A DNA stretch of 64,000 nt from an uncultured virus (IMG/VR IMGVR_UViG_3300008117_000099) (Duplodnaviria > Heunggongvirae > Uroviricota > Caudoviricetes), in the IMG/VR virus record IMGVR_UViG_3300008117_000099; one strand, given 5' to 3'. The notes below the pieces were generated by a model. The model ran no database searches. It had not been told where the DNA came from and saw only the letters and a list, made by a program, of their open reading frames with translations. Position 1 is the stretch's first letter; each line of letters opens with the position of its first letter. Positions 9,277 through 18,098 of the stretch are shown here, one piece after another. The translations under genes were made by a program, and so were the position numbers.

Positions 9277-9591
9277 TTAGTAAACCTCTATCTTTCCAAA
9301 TTTTATAATGAAGTCCCTGAAAGCATCAGTTGACTCCTGTGCTCTGTCGGCTTCTTCTTTTGTAGCTTTTTTAGAAATCTCTAGTGGATACGTTCCGCCG
9401 TTTGTTTTAATCCTAGCGGTTACAAACCGTGCATGCTTACAACTGCCGCGTCCGCTATATCCAGGACAAGTGCAGAGAAGCTTTCCGTCTACGGTGCTGC
9501 TTACCTCGTAAATAGCAGGACTTGGTGTGGCGTTTTGACTCAAGAACACTTGAATTAACTTCACGTCCTGGGCTTGCATTTTTCCCTCCAT
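9277..9591 (-). CDS. SWIM zinc-finger protein
   Basis: YEV...CTCPGYSGRGSCKH. Confidence 0.75.
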   Translation of the reverse strand: MEGKMQAQDVKLIQVFLSQNATPSPAIYEVSSTVDGKLLCTCPGYSGRGSCKHARFVTARIKTNGGTYPLEISKKATKEEADRAQESTDAFRDFIIKFGKIEVY

Positions 9592-10280
9592 TATTTACGT
9601 AGGTCTCCTTTCGGAGATTTTAGTGCAATAGGTACGAAAGCTTCTCGGGCAAAGCTCTCAGTTGCGGGACCATAAACTGAGCCCCAGGCCTCTAAAGGGA
9701 TATTAGAGGTCACAATGGTGGGAAGGCCATTGTTAAAACGGGTACGGAGTACGTGATGAAGAATTGTCTTCTGCCAGCCAGAACCTGACTGCTGTTCCTT
9801 GCCTACATCGTCAATGACCAGCACCCGAATGTTATAGGCGTCATCCTGGCATTCTCCAAGAATCCCCGCAAATAAAGACCGCTCTTCTTCTGATGGGTCT
9901 TCCATAAGTGCACCCTTCAAATCCAAAATGGATGTAAAGGTCATGAAGTAGCAAGGACGCACAAGCGTTTTATTTTCTAGAGGGGAGAAGGCCTCCAGAG
10001 GAAAACGACGAAGTATGTCCTGCAGTGTGACAAGAGAAAGAGTTGTCTTTCCGTGGCCTGGTTCTCCGTAAAGAACTATGCCGAGCCCACAACTAACCTG
10101 ACCAGCAGCACGAATAATCTTTCCCTCTTCTACAACATCAATCCACTCTTTAATGCTGTCAATGTTTTCTTGAGAAACTCCAGTGCAATCCGAAAACTCC
10201 CACCCAAGGCGGTTGTAAGGAATTGCTGCAATCTTCATCCAAGAACGACGACGCAGTTTTAAATCTTCTACGTTAAACAT
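9591..10280 (-). CDS. DnaC/IstB-like ATPase (helicase loader)
   Basis: GEPGHGKT, LVIDDVGKE, RFNNGLPTIVTSN. Confidence 0.88.
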   Translation of the reverse strand: MFNVEDLKLRRRSWMKIAAIPYNRLGWEFSDCTGVSQENIDSIKEWIDVVEEGKIIRAAGQVSCGLGIVLYGEPGHGKTTLSLVTLQDILRRFPLEAFSPLENKTLVRPCYFMTFTSILDLKGALMEDPSEEERSLFAGILGECQDDAYNIRVLVIDDVGKEQQSGSGWQKTILHHVLRTRFNNGLPTIVTSNIPLEAWGSVYGPATESFAREAFVPIALKSPKGDLRK

Positions 10281-11130
10281 TTCCCCTCAATCTAGACATC
10301 GCCTTGTCCTTCAAGCGAATCTCTTCTTCACTCTCTTGTGCTGGAATCATAGACGTCTTTGCCTGAAGTACGTAACTTGGAAACTTATAAATAAACAACT
10401 TCCAAACCTTTTCAGCATCGTCGTACTTTTCAAAGTCTATGCTTTCAAAAAACATATCCATGATACGAACTTCAATAGCCCCATTAGTATCATGCTTCTT
10501 GCGTTGTGTGGCAAGAGCAGGGATAAATTGGCTGTTAGTCACAGACCAAGGCTTGATGTGCCAAATCTTAAATATGCGGTCGGCAAACTCATAACCAACA
10601 TCAGTTGGAGTCCAATCCTCTTGGGCTGTGTGGTGACGGGTTAGGCGAGCCTTGCGCTTGCTTTCTTTATCCTGCTCGTATTCAGCCTTCTTCTTGGCTT
10701 CGGCTTTACGGCGTTCGGCGACCATCTCGTCTTTATCCATAGACGACGTCTTCTCGAAGAAGTCATAGCCCATGCTTTCCACCTCAATTTCCAACTTGTT
10801 GAACTCTTCCACCGACTCCGTCGGTGTACCTGGTTTACATACTAGCGAATTAGCAATTACAGAGTTATTGCTATTCTGCATAGCAAGTGTTGATAGGAGT
10901 CTGGTTTCAAGACTCTTGTAACCGAACTCTGTTACCTTGCTGTAAGTTACGAATCTACCGTCTATGTGAGCGGTTGTCGTCTCTATGTGCCCTAGGTCTC
11001 GTAACTCTTTTAGGGCAGCAAGCATTGAGGCACGACCACAATTAAAGTGCTTAGCCATGTCCTCTGCCGTTATCGGCACCAAACCTGACGCAGCCTCTAT
11101 TAAAACTCCTAGGGCTTTGGCAGATAGCAT
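10273..11130 (-). CDS. Probable replication initiator (N-terminal winged HTH)
   Basis: LSAKALGVL...GRASMLAALKELRDLGHI; directly upstream of the DnaC-like gene. Confidence 0.65.
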   Translation of the reverse strand: MLSAKALGVLIEAASGLVPITAEDMAKHFNCGRASMLAALKELRDLGHIETTTAHIDGRFVTYSKVTEFGYKSLETRLLSTLAMQNSNNSVIANSLVCKPGTPTESVEEFNKLEIEVESMGYDFFEKTSSMDKDEMVAERRKAEAKKKAEYEQDKESKRKARLTRHHTAQEDWTPTDVGYEFADRIFKIWHIKPWSVTNSQFIPALATQRKKHDTNGAIEVRIMDMFFESIDFEKYDDAEKVWKLFIYKFPSYVLQAKTSMIPAQESEEEIRLKDKAMSRLRGNV

Positions 11131-11777
11131 TACTTGGTCTTTGTTTCCCCAAGTTTTGAAACGACGCGGTCTGCAATCATTTCCACAAGCGCTTCGATTC
11201 CTGCGTAGATTTCATCTACCGCTTCTTCGTAGTCTTCCTCGTCATCATCAATTTCTTCTTCGTCCTCGTCGTACTCTTCCTCTTCTGCAGATTTAGTTGA
11301 ACTTTCAACTTTCGGCATCTCAGGGGTTTTTACAGAGGGCTTGATATCTTCTACTGGTGTAATGGCTGCTAGGCCGTCACAGAGGTCGTAGGCCGGTATT
11401 TCGGCTGCTTTGGCAGAGGCTAGTGCGTCCAAACAATCTGGGTCTTCGTCACTCCATAGCAAGAATGCCTGAGCGTTTTTATTTTTAAAAGCGGTCATTG
11501 CATCGCCTACTGGCGTATCAGACTCAGAGAGGGTTGCGTGAGAGATGCTGTCTAGAAATGCGCCAGCCTTGGCAAACACAACGATGTCTAACTTTTGCTG
11601 GTTGGCTAACTGTGCTGCCCACACCTGTCCCTGACTTGGGCGTTGATTAAAAGCAACTACTAATGTTCCACCTTCGCCATTGGCGTAGTAGTGGTCAGCC
11701 ATAAGTGCTTCTACATTTGCACGACTAGTTTCGCCGTTACCTGCGATTACTACTGAATATGTCATTTTGACTCCCAT
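11130..11777 (-). CDS. Hypothetical protein, Rossmann-like N-terminus, acidic C-terminus (likely start 11765)
   Basis: ORF containing an EEEEYDEDEEEIDDDEEDYEE tract. Confidence 0.65.
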   Translation of the reverse strand: MGVKMTYSVVIAGNGETSRANVEALMADHYYANGEGGTLVVAFNQRPSQGQVWAAQLANQQKLDIVVFAKAGAFLDSISHATLSESDTPVGDAMTAFKNKNAQAFLLWSDEDPDCLDALASAKAAEIPAYDLCDGLAAITPVEDIKPSVKTPEMPKVESSTKSAEEEEYDEDEEEIDDDEEDYEEAVDEIYAGIEALVEMIADRVVSKLGETKTK

Positions 11778-11802
11778 CTTGGAGTCGCAGACTATACCCG
11801 AC

Positions 11803-12066
11803 TTACTCTTCTGGTCTAGTTGGGCGTGTTATGGCTGGTTTGAAGGTGGTCATGCGGTCGGCGGCTACAACCATAAAAAGCGATAGGAAAGCCGAGGCCA
11901 CCATTAAAACCAGGAAGGTTGAGATATTAGTCACGCCTAGAAGGGCCAGCCCACCAGCGGAAAATAATAAAGATGCCAAAGCCTTAGCCATCTTTAAATC
12001 TACTAGCTGGTCAATAACAGCTAGGAAGAAAGCGCCAAAAGCAGCAGAAGCCAAGAGTTCAAACAT
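11803..12066 (-). CDS. Small membrane protein (about 3 TM helices)
   Basis: Hydrophobic segments; TAATAT 6 nt before the ATG. Confidence 0.65.
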   Translation of the reverse strand: MFELLASAAFGAFFLAVIDQLVDLKMAKALASLLFSAGGLALLGVTNISTFLVLMVASAFLSLFMVVAADRMTTFKPAITRPTRPEE

Positions 12067-12084
12067 ACGCCGATATTAATACAT

Positions 12085-14073
12085 TTAAGATGGTTGAGCA
12101 AATAAAAGCTGATACTGAGTGCCGTTAGTAATGTAGTTGTCAATATCTGACAAGAGGCGGCCCTCTACTACGGTCTTATTTACATACAGGTGGCTCTTAG
12201 AGCCGTTGGTGCTGCCTTCCCAAAACAGGTTTCCAACAGTTGAGACGCCGACAGTTCCGTCAAAATACTCGTTTAAGAAAGCGCTTCTTTCAAACAACGC
12301 CTCATCCGCAATCAAGCTTACTTGAGTCGATGAAGGAACCCATTCAATGCTTGCCACGCAATAATCAGCGTTAGTTGGAGCGTACCCAGTAACCGATGGC
12401 CTAAACCAATCAGCGGTTGTTACTGCAATTGGTGTTCCAGACTCAGTGTTTAACAAGTTGTCGTCAATGTCGTACCAACGAATACGTAGGACAACTAAAT
12501 CAGAACTGTTTGGGTTTGCTCCTTGATTTAAAAACCTAACGTAGGAACTAAACGTAAAGTAATCCGGTTTAGGAGCCTTTATCTTTATATTTTCTGAGTT
12601 AATTCGAGTGTTAATGTTGTTAGTTGTTGGGTTTAAAACTAGCGCGTCTAGTAGTTTAGTTGGAGCTCCTGATATAGAGCTAGCTAAAACTAAGGTTCCG
12701 TTAGTAGCGGTCCATTCGGTGTTTGTTTGAAAATTAGGGTTTGTTAACTCATTGATTCTAGATGCTTTAAAAGTAGCTTTTACAACACGTGCCTCTTCAA
12801 AAGCGGTCGCTACATCTGATTTTTCAAATTGAATTGCGTCAAAATAAAATACGTTACTTAATGCTGTAGAAGACAAAGTTATTACAGGAACGGCAAACAT
12901 TGCATTAGTTGGAGCGGTTTGATTTACAAATGTAACGCGTTGCCAGCTACCTGTAGCAACAGACACAGCACTTCCAGTAGAGGTAGAAATTAATGCTCCA
13001 CGACAGTTGTACCACTCAATACTTAATGTTGTATTTCTAGCAATAGTTCCAGCTTGAGCATAAACACTATATGTATATGCTTGACCAGCCGTTACCGGAA
13101 CTCCCCTAGTTACCGGAGCAGATTTTCCACAAGTTAATGTGACGGTTCCTGCAGTAGTAACAGTAGCGCGAAGAACTCCAGCAATTTTATTTGGGTAGCT
13201 AGCTGGCGCAGAAGATTCTGAAAAAGCGCTAATTCCAGCAGTTCCACTTGTTATTCTTGCTAAAGTTGAAGCTGAAGAAGTCCAGTTTCCTATGGTTTGC
13301 TCAAATGATGAATCATTAAAATCAAGCATTAAATTTTTACCTTGAACAACTTGAACATCGTATCCGGTAAATGCCTTTAGGTAGGTTGCAAATCCATCCT
13401 TAGAGCCCTTTGTTTTATAGTTTTTCATCGCGTTTCTAAGCAGAACTCTTGACTGTTTTAGCCCAATTTCTGGTTCAAAACTTAATCCAAATTGTTTCAT
13501 TAGTTGAGGGATGTAACGACCATCTACAAAAGAGGTGTCGTATGAGTACATTAAGTTGTAGGCATATGTTTTTTCTAAATCGTATTCAAATGCAAATAGA
13601 CATAAAAAGTCTTTAAGGTCTTGGTTCTCTCGGTTTTCAAACGCCACGTTAAGGTGGCTTAGCTGACGATAAATTTGTGGCAAGTATCTGTACATTGCAT
13701 CACAAGTACCAAAGTTCTTTACAGAAATACCGTATGTATTTCCCGCTCTAAGCCAAACTTGAGTTGCGGTCTCTAAAACAAATAGAGAGTAATAGTAAGT
13801 TCTTCCTTCTTGAAGACCTGAGTCTGAGTATGTCTCAAGAGAAGTTGACTTGATTTGTTCATACAGTTCGTCGCCGTCATCAGGGTCTAGCGGGAAGCCA
13901 TAAGGGTTTCTAACTAAACGAATGCGGTCCCATGCTCCTGATGGGAGGACCCACTCTAGGTCAATTGCTCCATAACCAACTGGGCGGGCAGTAAATGGGG
14001 ATGCGTCAAACTCAACGATTGTGGCAGGGCCATATAAACCCACACCATAGTAATCTAAACCGTAACGGCCCAT
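12085..14073 (-). CDS. Baseplate wedge / tail protein I-like, with FN3-like and two carbohydrate-binding-like domains
   Basis: MYRYLPQIY...YKTKGSKDG (gpI-like); N-L-x-x-x-x-x-S-F-E...W beta-sandwich repeats. Confidence 0.7.
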   Translation of the reverse strand: MGRYGLDYYGVGLYGPATIVEFDASPFTARPVGYGAIDLEWVLPSGAWDRIRLVRNPYGFPLDPDDGDELYEQIKSTSLETYSDSGLQEGRTYYYSLFVLETATQVWLRAGNTYGISVKNFGTCDAMYRYLPQIYRQLSHLNVAFENRENQDLKDFLCLFAFEYDLEKTYAYNLMYSYDTSFVDGRYIPQLMKQFGLSFEPEIGLKQSRVLLRNAMKNYKTKGSKDGFATYLKAFTGYDVQVVQGKNLMLDFNDSSFEQTIGNWTSSASTLARITSGTAGISAFSESSAPASYPNKIAGVLRATVTTAGTVTLTCGKSAPVTRGVPVTAGQAYTYSVYAQAGTIARNTTLSIEWYNCRGALISTSTGSAVSVATGSWQRVTFVNQTAPTNAMFAVPVITLSSTALSNVFYFDAIQFEKSDVATAFEEARVVKATFKASRINELTNPNFQTNTEWTATNGTLVLASSISGAPTKLLDALVLNPTTNNINTRINSENIKIKAPKPDYFTFSSYVRFLNQGANPNSSDLVVLRIRWYDIDDNLLNTESGTPIAVTTADWFRPSVTGYAPTNADYCVASIEWVPSSTQVSLIADEALFERSAFLNEYFDGTVGVSTVGNLFWEGSTNGSKSHLYVNKTVVEGRLLSDIDNYITNGTQYQLLFAQPS

Positions 14074-14098
14074 TTAAGCCTCCTTTTGGGGACACCCT

Positions 14099-14133
14099 AT
14101 TGTCTAAGATATTTTCTGTACTGTCATGCTTTA
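14099..14133 (-). promoter_or_regulatory. Putative late promoter (AGCATGACA-N17-GACAAT)
   Basis: Same motif and spacing as 47542-47576 and 50192-50226. Confidence 0.5.
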
Positions 14134-15081
14134 AGGTCGTCTTGGGGGCATTCCAAAAGCACGATTTGGTATTTCTACGTATGAACTGTAGGACTCTGAA
14201 CAGTCCATAAACTTTTTGGGTACCCCCGTAATTTCAAAAAATTGTTGAACGTCATTTCTTGATACATCTTCTAAACCTGACATGACTCTACCTAAAAGAT
14301 TTGTAGCTTTTTCTACGTGATTCCAATAATCTTCTTTTCTATCGTCTGCCCATGGTCTCTTTACAACCCTAGTAACACTGCCATCAGGCTGTTTATGAGA
14401 ATCATGATGATAAGTGTCTAAAGTTTGTAATGCGTAAACCGCCCACCCCTTTGAAAAAGTTCTTAAAGATAGTAAAAACTCTTCTGTATTAAAGGAACTG
14501 TTTTCATCAAAACCTACTTCATCAACCCAAGATTTAGGTGCTAAAAGGTAGCAACAAGTAACCCAGTACCCTCTTTCTGGGGTGTCTTTATTTACGCTTC
14601 TATAGCCAGGAAAGTTAAACCCAGGTATCAAATCAGTGTAATGAGATGCCATACTAGAAAATGGTCTAGGAACGTTTTGTAGCTCTGGTGTCCAGTCTTC
14701 ATTAAGTTCATAGTCAGCTGGAGCGTAAGCAATTATATATTTTGTGTCTTTTATTTTTGAATAGCGTCTTATTGCTGATAAATCCCACCCAGGCATTGGA
14801 ACTGTGTGCGAATCAAATTGAATCAAGAATTCATAGTCTTGTTCTACTTTAGTTGCTAATTTTCTAGCCCAACAAACTCCACCTCTGTATTTACTTAAAT
14901 CAAAGTATCTATAAATTAATTGTTCTTTTGGTATAAAAGAAAAATCATGTTGTATTTCATCCTCAGATACTAGAGAAAATATAACGTTTTTTTTATTGTA
15001 AGCGTTGTCCCACAGTAATTTTACTGTCCTGTAAAACTCAGGGTCGCAGTAATTGACAACGCTTACTAACAGTTTTGTCAA
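14131..15081 (-). CDS. GT60-like glycosyltransferase (Skp1-hydroxyproline / polypeptide GlcNAc-transferase family)
   Basis: LLVSVVNYCDPE, RGGVCWAR, LIQFDSH (DxH), GWD, EEFLLSLRTFSKGW, YH. Confidence 0.8.
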   Translation of the reverse strand: MTKLLVSVVNYCDPEFYRTVKLLWDNAYNKKNVIFSLVSEDEIQHDFSFIPKEQLIYRYFDLSKYRGGVCWARKLATKVEQDYEFLIQFDSHTVPMPGWDLSAIRRYSKIKDTKYIIAYAPADYELNEDWTPELQNVPRPFSSMASHYTDLIPGFNFPGYRSVNKDTPERGYWVTCCYLLAPKSWVDEVGFDENSSFNTEEFLLSLRTFSKGWAVYALQTLDTYHHDSHKQPDGSVTRVVKRPWADDRKEDYWNHVEKATNLLGRVMSGLEDVSRNDVQQFFEITGVPKKFMDCSESYSSYVEIPNRAFGMPPRRP

Positions 15082-15657
15082 TTACATCATGCCCATCGGT
15101 TCTTTTGCATTGCCCCTGATAACCTCTAAATATTGAGGTCCTTTGGTAAAGTACCAGTGGTCAGGTTCGCAGAAAAAGAAGAAAGCATTACAAACTAAGT
15201 TAGTTTCTGGACTGGTAAATGCTTCCCGCCAATGCTCTTGGTCGTTTCCATACATAAACAGGCCTTCATTTTCTTTTAATATGTATGGCTTACCTTCAGC
15301 CCAAATAGCCCACGGTTCTTTTTGAAAAACGCACAGGTCGATGTGATAGGTACAAGCATTATCATCCTTGTGCTTCCAAAGTTTTGCAGCTTCCCCTTCG
15401 TAAGTGCTCATTAAGCACCAGGATGGCATAAGGGTTGGGCTTTCAAAGTATTCTCTTGCCACATCGGTCAGCATTTCGTGAATACGTTTCAGTTCAGGTT
15501 CACCAAACCACTGATGACGACCAAAACTGTTATCGTAAGCTGGTTTAGTAGCCCAAAGAAGCATTGCATGTTGTTGAAGCTTTAAAAGCTCATCTGGCGG
15601 AAGGATGCTCTCAACAACAAAAGGTTCTTTAATCTTTACTGGGTATTGTTCTGACAT
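15082..15657 (-). CDS. 2OG-Fe(II) dioxygenase (prolyl-hydroxylase-like)
   Basis: Y...LWKHKDDNAC (HxD) and distal EHWRE. Confidence 0.8.
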   Translation of the reverse strand: MSEQYPVKIKEPFVVESILPPDELLKLQQHAMLLWATKPAYDNSFGRHQWFGEPELKRIHEMLTDVAREYFESPTLMPSWCLMSTYEGEAAKLWKHKDDNACTYHIDLCVFQKEPWAIWAEGKPYILKENEGLFMYGNDQEHWREAFTSPETNLVCNAFFFFCEPDHWYFTKGPQYLEVIRGNAKEPMGMM

Positions 15658-15660
15658 TTT

Positions 15661-15951
15661 TCACCACTTTCCAAGAGGACAGGTTGCGCCCTTTAACTTA
15701 GTTTTAGCCGCCATAAAGCAACCACATTTTTTGCACTGTTTTGTTAGTTTTATTAGTTCAGGGCACCCAAGACATGTCTTATAACGAGCTTCGGCCTCTT
15801 CTTCAGAGGCTTTGTCAACATTAGGGTTAACCATGTCCCAAGGGCGTGTGTCACCCAAATTTTTCTTATAACGTTGCCAAGGAGTTTCTGTCATAGGGGA
15901 AGAATACCATTCTCGTCGTATTTCCAGCCAGCTTCTACACTTCGGTACCAA
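15661..15951 (-). CDS. Small Cys-cluster protein (DUF6171-like; likely start 15894)
   Basis: RYKTCLGCPEL...QCKKCGCFMAAKTKLKGATCPLGKW. Confidence 0.7.
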   Translation of the reverse strand: MVPKCRSWLEIRREWYSSPMTETPWQRYKKNLGDTRPWDMVNPNVDKASEEEAEARYKTCLGCPELIKLTKQCKKCGCFMAAKTKLKGATCPLGKW

Positions 15952-16274
15952 GGGTGTTTGCCTGGGTCAACAACCGAAGCGTTATCGTCCGAACGTCTAG
16001 ACAAAACAAAAATATCTGGTGAACTTGCTAAAACTGACCCAAATAAAGGAGTTGTTGTCAGTGTTGTTATAGAAAGGCCCTTTTTATCTATAAATTCAAC
16101 CGTATTGCAAGAGTCAGACTTACAAATAATTGAACTTGAATTTAGTATCATTTCATAAAAAGGAACGTAGGTGACAATTGTATGAACAATCTCTCCATCA
16201 ATACCAAAAGCAAGAGCTATTAAAGGATGTTTTGGCTTTTGAGGTGGCCATTGAATATCTTCAGTTGTTAGCAT
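15891..16274 (-). CDS. Hypothetical protein
   Basis: ALAFGIDGEIV...GWKYDENG; leaderless TGCTAGTAT promoter. Confidence 0.65.
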   Translation of the reverse strand: MLTTEDIQWPPQKPKHPLIALAFGIDGEIVHTIVTYVPFYEMILNSSSIICKSDSCNTVEFIDKKGLSITTLTTTPLFGSVLASSPDIFVLSRRSDDNASVVDPGKHPWYRSVEAGWKYDENGILPL

Positions 16275-16292
16275 GAGTAGATACTAGCAAAA

Positions 16293-18095
16293 TTATATAC
16301 AGAACAACAAACACTGAGCACCGCTAGCAAATGAGCAGGCCCCCACTCCTCCGGTGCAATACTGTAGTATGTCAAAAGCCACGTCTCCAGCGGTACAACG
16401 GTTGCCATAGAACGGAGTTTGACCGGGGCAGTCGCCTACAGGCGCAGTTGGGGTAGGCGTAGTAGGCGTAGGCGGAGTTGGGGTAGGCGGAGTTGGAGTT
16501 GGCGGAGTAGGTGTTGGAGTACATATTCTCTTATTGCCAGTAGCTCCGCAAACGTTTTGATAATTTGTGCAGGAGTAGTTATCGCAGCCGTCATTATAAA
16601 TAAATGTACAGCTTTCTGTACAAGTTGGAGGAGTTGGAGTTGGAGGAGTAGGGGTAGGGGTGCCGTAACTACTGCAATTGGTGTACGCCGTGTTTGCTTG
16701 TGGCCCAGCGCAAAGTCCGCCTTTATTACTACATTGAGAAGAAAGACCGGTGCTTGCTTCTCCTGACCCGTTATAGCCGCCGCTTACAGGTGTTCCATCA
16801 CAGCAGCATCCATAAAAAGGAGTTGAGGTAGGGACAGGAGTTGGGGGAGCTTGATATTGATAAGCAGTAAGGCTAATTGTAGTTCCGCAGTCACCGCAGG
16901 TTCCTCCCGCAGGAGTTTGAGAAATAACACATCCAGCTAATCCAGCATCCGTTGTTCCAACATATGAATATGAAAGATTAAAGCCAAGAGCAGCAAATCC
17001 TGGGGCACAGCTACCAACAAGGTTTGGAATTGGACAGCAAAGGAAACCGTTACATTCGGAAGCACTTGAGGAATAGCTTGTGCAAGAAGGAATAACAATA
17101 GGCGTTGGCGTAGGCGTTGGCGTAGTAGGCGTAGGCGTAGTAGGCGTAGGTGGGGTTGGAGTTGGCGTTGGTTGAACACAGTTAATAGTTGGGATATTGC
17201 TGGTACTTCCAGTATAACTTCCAGTTTGTACAGTTCCAGAATCAATTGTTCCTGGGCAGCAACCGCAGTTAGCCGTCATGTTTGAAGAAGCAGCGCCAGC
17301 ACTTTGTGTGCTAGTTCCAATTACTTGATTATTTCCTAAACCGTTAAGGCAGCATCCAGTTGACCAATAGGTTGTACCAACTGCTGGAGTTGGTGTAGGG
17401 GCGGCACAGTTTAACGAAGGAACGTTATTACTTTGTGCAGATGTATAGCTTCCGTTTGCTGAAGATGGAATTGCGTTTTGTCCACCAGCGCATTGAGCTG
17501 TCATAGCGTTGTAAGCTTGAGCAAAGTCAACCGTACTATAACCTGTGTACTGAACGTTATTAGTACTGCAACATCCTGTATGCCAAAAATATGTTACAGG
17601 TGGCGTTGGAGTAGGTGGTGTTGGTGTAGTTGTCCAACTAGCAGTTAAAATCAAATTTGCGTCTGTTGTGTAGCTGCCCCCAGGTGAGTATGAGTTTCCA
17701 TCGCTACCGCTATAGTTAACAAAAGTAAACCCAGTTCTTGTTGGTGTTTGATTAGTTAAAGTTAAAGGCTGCCCTTGAATTTTTGTTTGATTGCCAGGGA
17801 GGTTAGACACATCAGAGCCTCCGGCTGAATATTGGACTAAGTAAGTTGTTACCGGAGGAGTTGGTGTAGTAGGAGTGGGCGTAGGTGGCGTTGGAGTTGG
17901 GGGAGTAGGAGTAGGAGTAGGAGTGGGAGTGGGGGTTGGCGTACTTGGGGGCACACAGACGCTTTGCCAAGTACCGCCAATTTTTACGTAAGTGTTGGTG
18001 ACGGCACGCCAAGTACCGCCTACTTTTACAGAACCGCAATCAGCTGATTCATCAACTGTGCGCCAAGTACCGCCAACCTTTACGTATTGCGCCAT
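16293..18095 (-). CDS. Cys-rich, (Pro-Thr)n mucin-like adhesin / fibre tip with InlB B-repeat-like domain
   Basis: Three N-terminal VK(V/I)GGTW repeats; PTRTGFTF...LTASW repeat; multiple PTPTP linkers; about 38 Cys counted by eye. Confidence 0.7.
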   Translation of the reverse strand: MAQYVKVGGTWRTVDESADCGSVKVGGTWRAVTNTYVKIGGTWQSVCVPPSTPTPTPTPTPTPTPPTPTPPTPTPTTPTPPVTTYLVQYSAGGSDVSNLPGNQTKIQGQPLTLTNQTPTRTGFTFVNYSGSDGNSYSPGGSYTTDANLILTASWTTTPTPPTPTPPVTYFWHTGCCSTNNVQYTGYSTVDFAQAYNAMTAQCAGGQNAIPSSANGSYTSAQSNNVPSLNCAAPTPTPAVGTTYWSTGCCLNGLGNNQVIGTSTQSAGAASSNMTANCGCCPGTIDSGTVQTGSYTGSTSNIPTINCVQPTPTPTPPTPTTPTPTTPTPTPTPIVIPSCTSYSSSASECNGFLCCPIPNLVGSCAPGFAALGFNLSYSYVGTTDAGLAGCVISQTPAGGTCGDCGTTISLTAYQYQAPPTPVPTSTPFYGCCCDGTPVSGGYNGSGEASTGLSSQCSNKGGLCAGPQANTAYTNCSSYGTPTPTPPTPTPPTCTESCTFIYNDGCDNYSCTNYQNVCGATGNKRICTPTPTPPTPTPPTPTPPTPTTPTPTAPVGDCPGQTPFYGNRCTAGDVAFDILQYCTGGVGACSFASGAQCLLFCI

Positions 18096-18098
18096 TTT

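Noticed and set aside
14131..15657. Dioxygenase + GT as a DNA hypermodification pair (TET/JBP + glucosyltransferase)
   Set aside because: GT motifs match protein-acting GT60 and the locus is in the tail region, away from replication genes; disfavoured but not excluded
16440..17945. Short repeats (gtaggc/ggagtt) as a CRISPR array or VNTR
   Set aside because: Degenerate codon repeats encoding PT linkers; no constant repeat-spacer structure
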